DNA from: the human T2T-CHM13v2.0 reference genome, Homo sapiens
Assembly: GCF_009914755.1 (NCBI RefSeq)
Contig: NC_060925.1
DNA length: 64,000 nt
Strand: one strand, 5' to 3'
Below the pieces are notes generated by a model. It was not told the DNA's origin and searched no databases. It worked only from the letters and a program-made list of their open reading frames with translations. The translations under genes and the position numbers were made by a program. Below are positions 63,627-64,000 of this stretch, piece by piece; positions within the stretch are counted from its first letter, which is position 1; each line of letters starts with the position of its first letter.

Positions 63627-64000
63627 GGAAGAGGGAGCCCCTGCTGGGGCTTTCTATTCTGTAGGGGAGAGAGGGAGCGAAGCCCTTTCCTATAGAATTG
63701 GCTTCCACTGGCAAGTGGCTATGATGAGCAGGCCTGAGATTTTCCTCCAGCATATATAAGTGTCATAATTTTCTTTCAATGGCAAAAGAGACTATCCTGG
63801 GTGATGTTCAAGGAATGTCTGGCCAGGGCACAGAGGAGACTTTGTTCATTTTTGCAGCATGGTTATTTCTGAGATGCTGCCAAAGCTAACTCTCTGGGCT
63901 ATTGGTACAGAAAGAGAAAGTTGTCTGTATCGTGCACATAGGGACTTGGCTCTGGGAGAAGGGGAGCTGATGCTGGAGAATCACCTGTCTGTCTTTACTC

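Overview
Human (primate) genomic DNA, recognisable from three protein-coding genes as the HENMT1-PRPF38B-FNDC7 locus (chr1p13.3 from recall). The minus strand carries the 5' half of HENMT1, the HEN1-type piRNA 2'-O-methyltransferase: a likely non-coding first exon, four coding exons and a CpG-island promoter at about 8.0-8.75 kb. The plus strand carries the complete PRPF38B splicing-factor gene (6 coding exons, 1641 nt = 546 aa + stop, all introns GT-AG) and the first two coding exons of FNDC7. The ~31 kb between HENMT1 and PRPF38B is mostly transposon relics: a solo LTR12 splitting an Alu, a Tigger > L1 > (SVA, Alu) nest, a piggyBac-type MITE, other LTRs and many Alus. I found no wholly new gene family, RNA gene or CRISPR-like system. 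The best leads are: (1) a human-specific AluYa5 a few bases from the HENMT1 exon 1 donor, with a uORF that becomes an in-frame alternative N-terminus if exon 2 is skipped; (2) an SVA carrying an LTR-like 3' transduction with a second poly(A) tail; (3) three separate stop-introducing (NMD-type) splice options in PRPF38B; (4) an orphan open exon-like segment at 32461-32630; (5) several fold-back micro-rearrangements. Exon coordinates were read directly from the sequence. Repeat boundaries and subfamily names come from recalled consensus features and are approximate.
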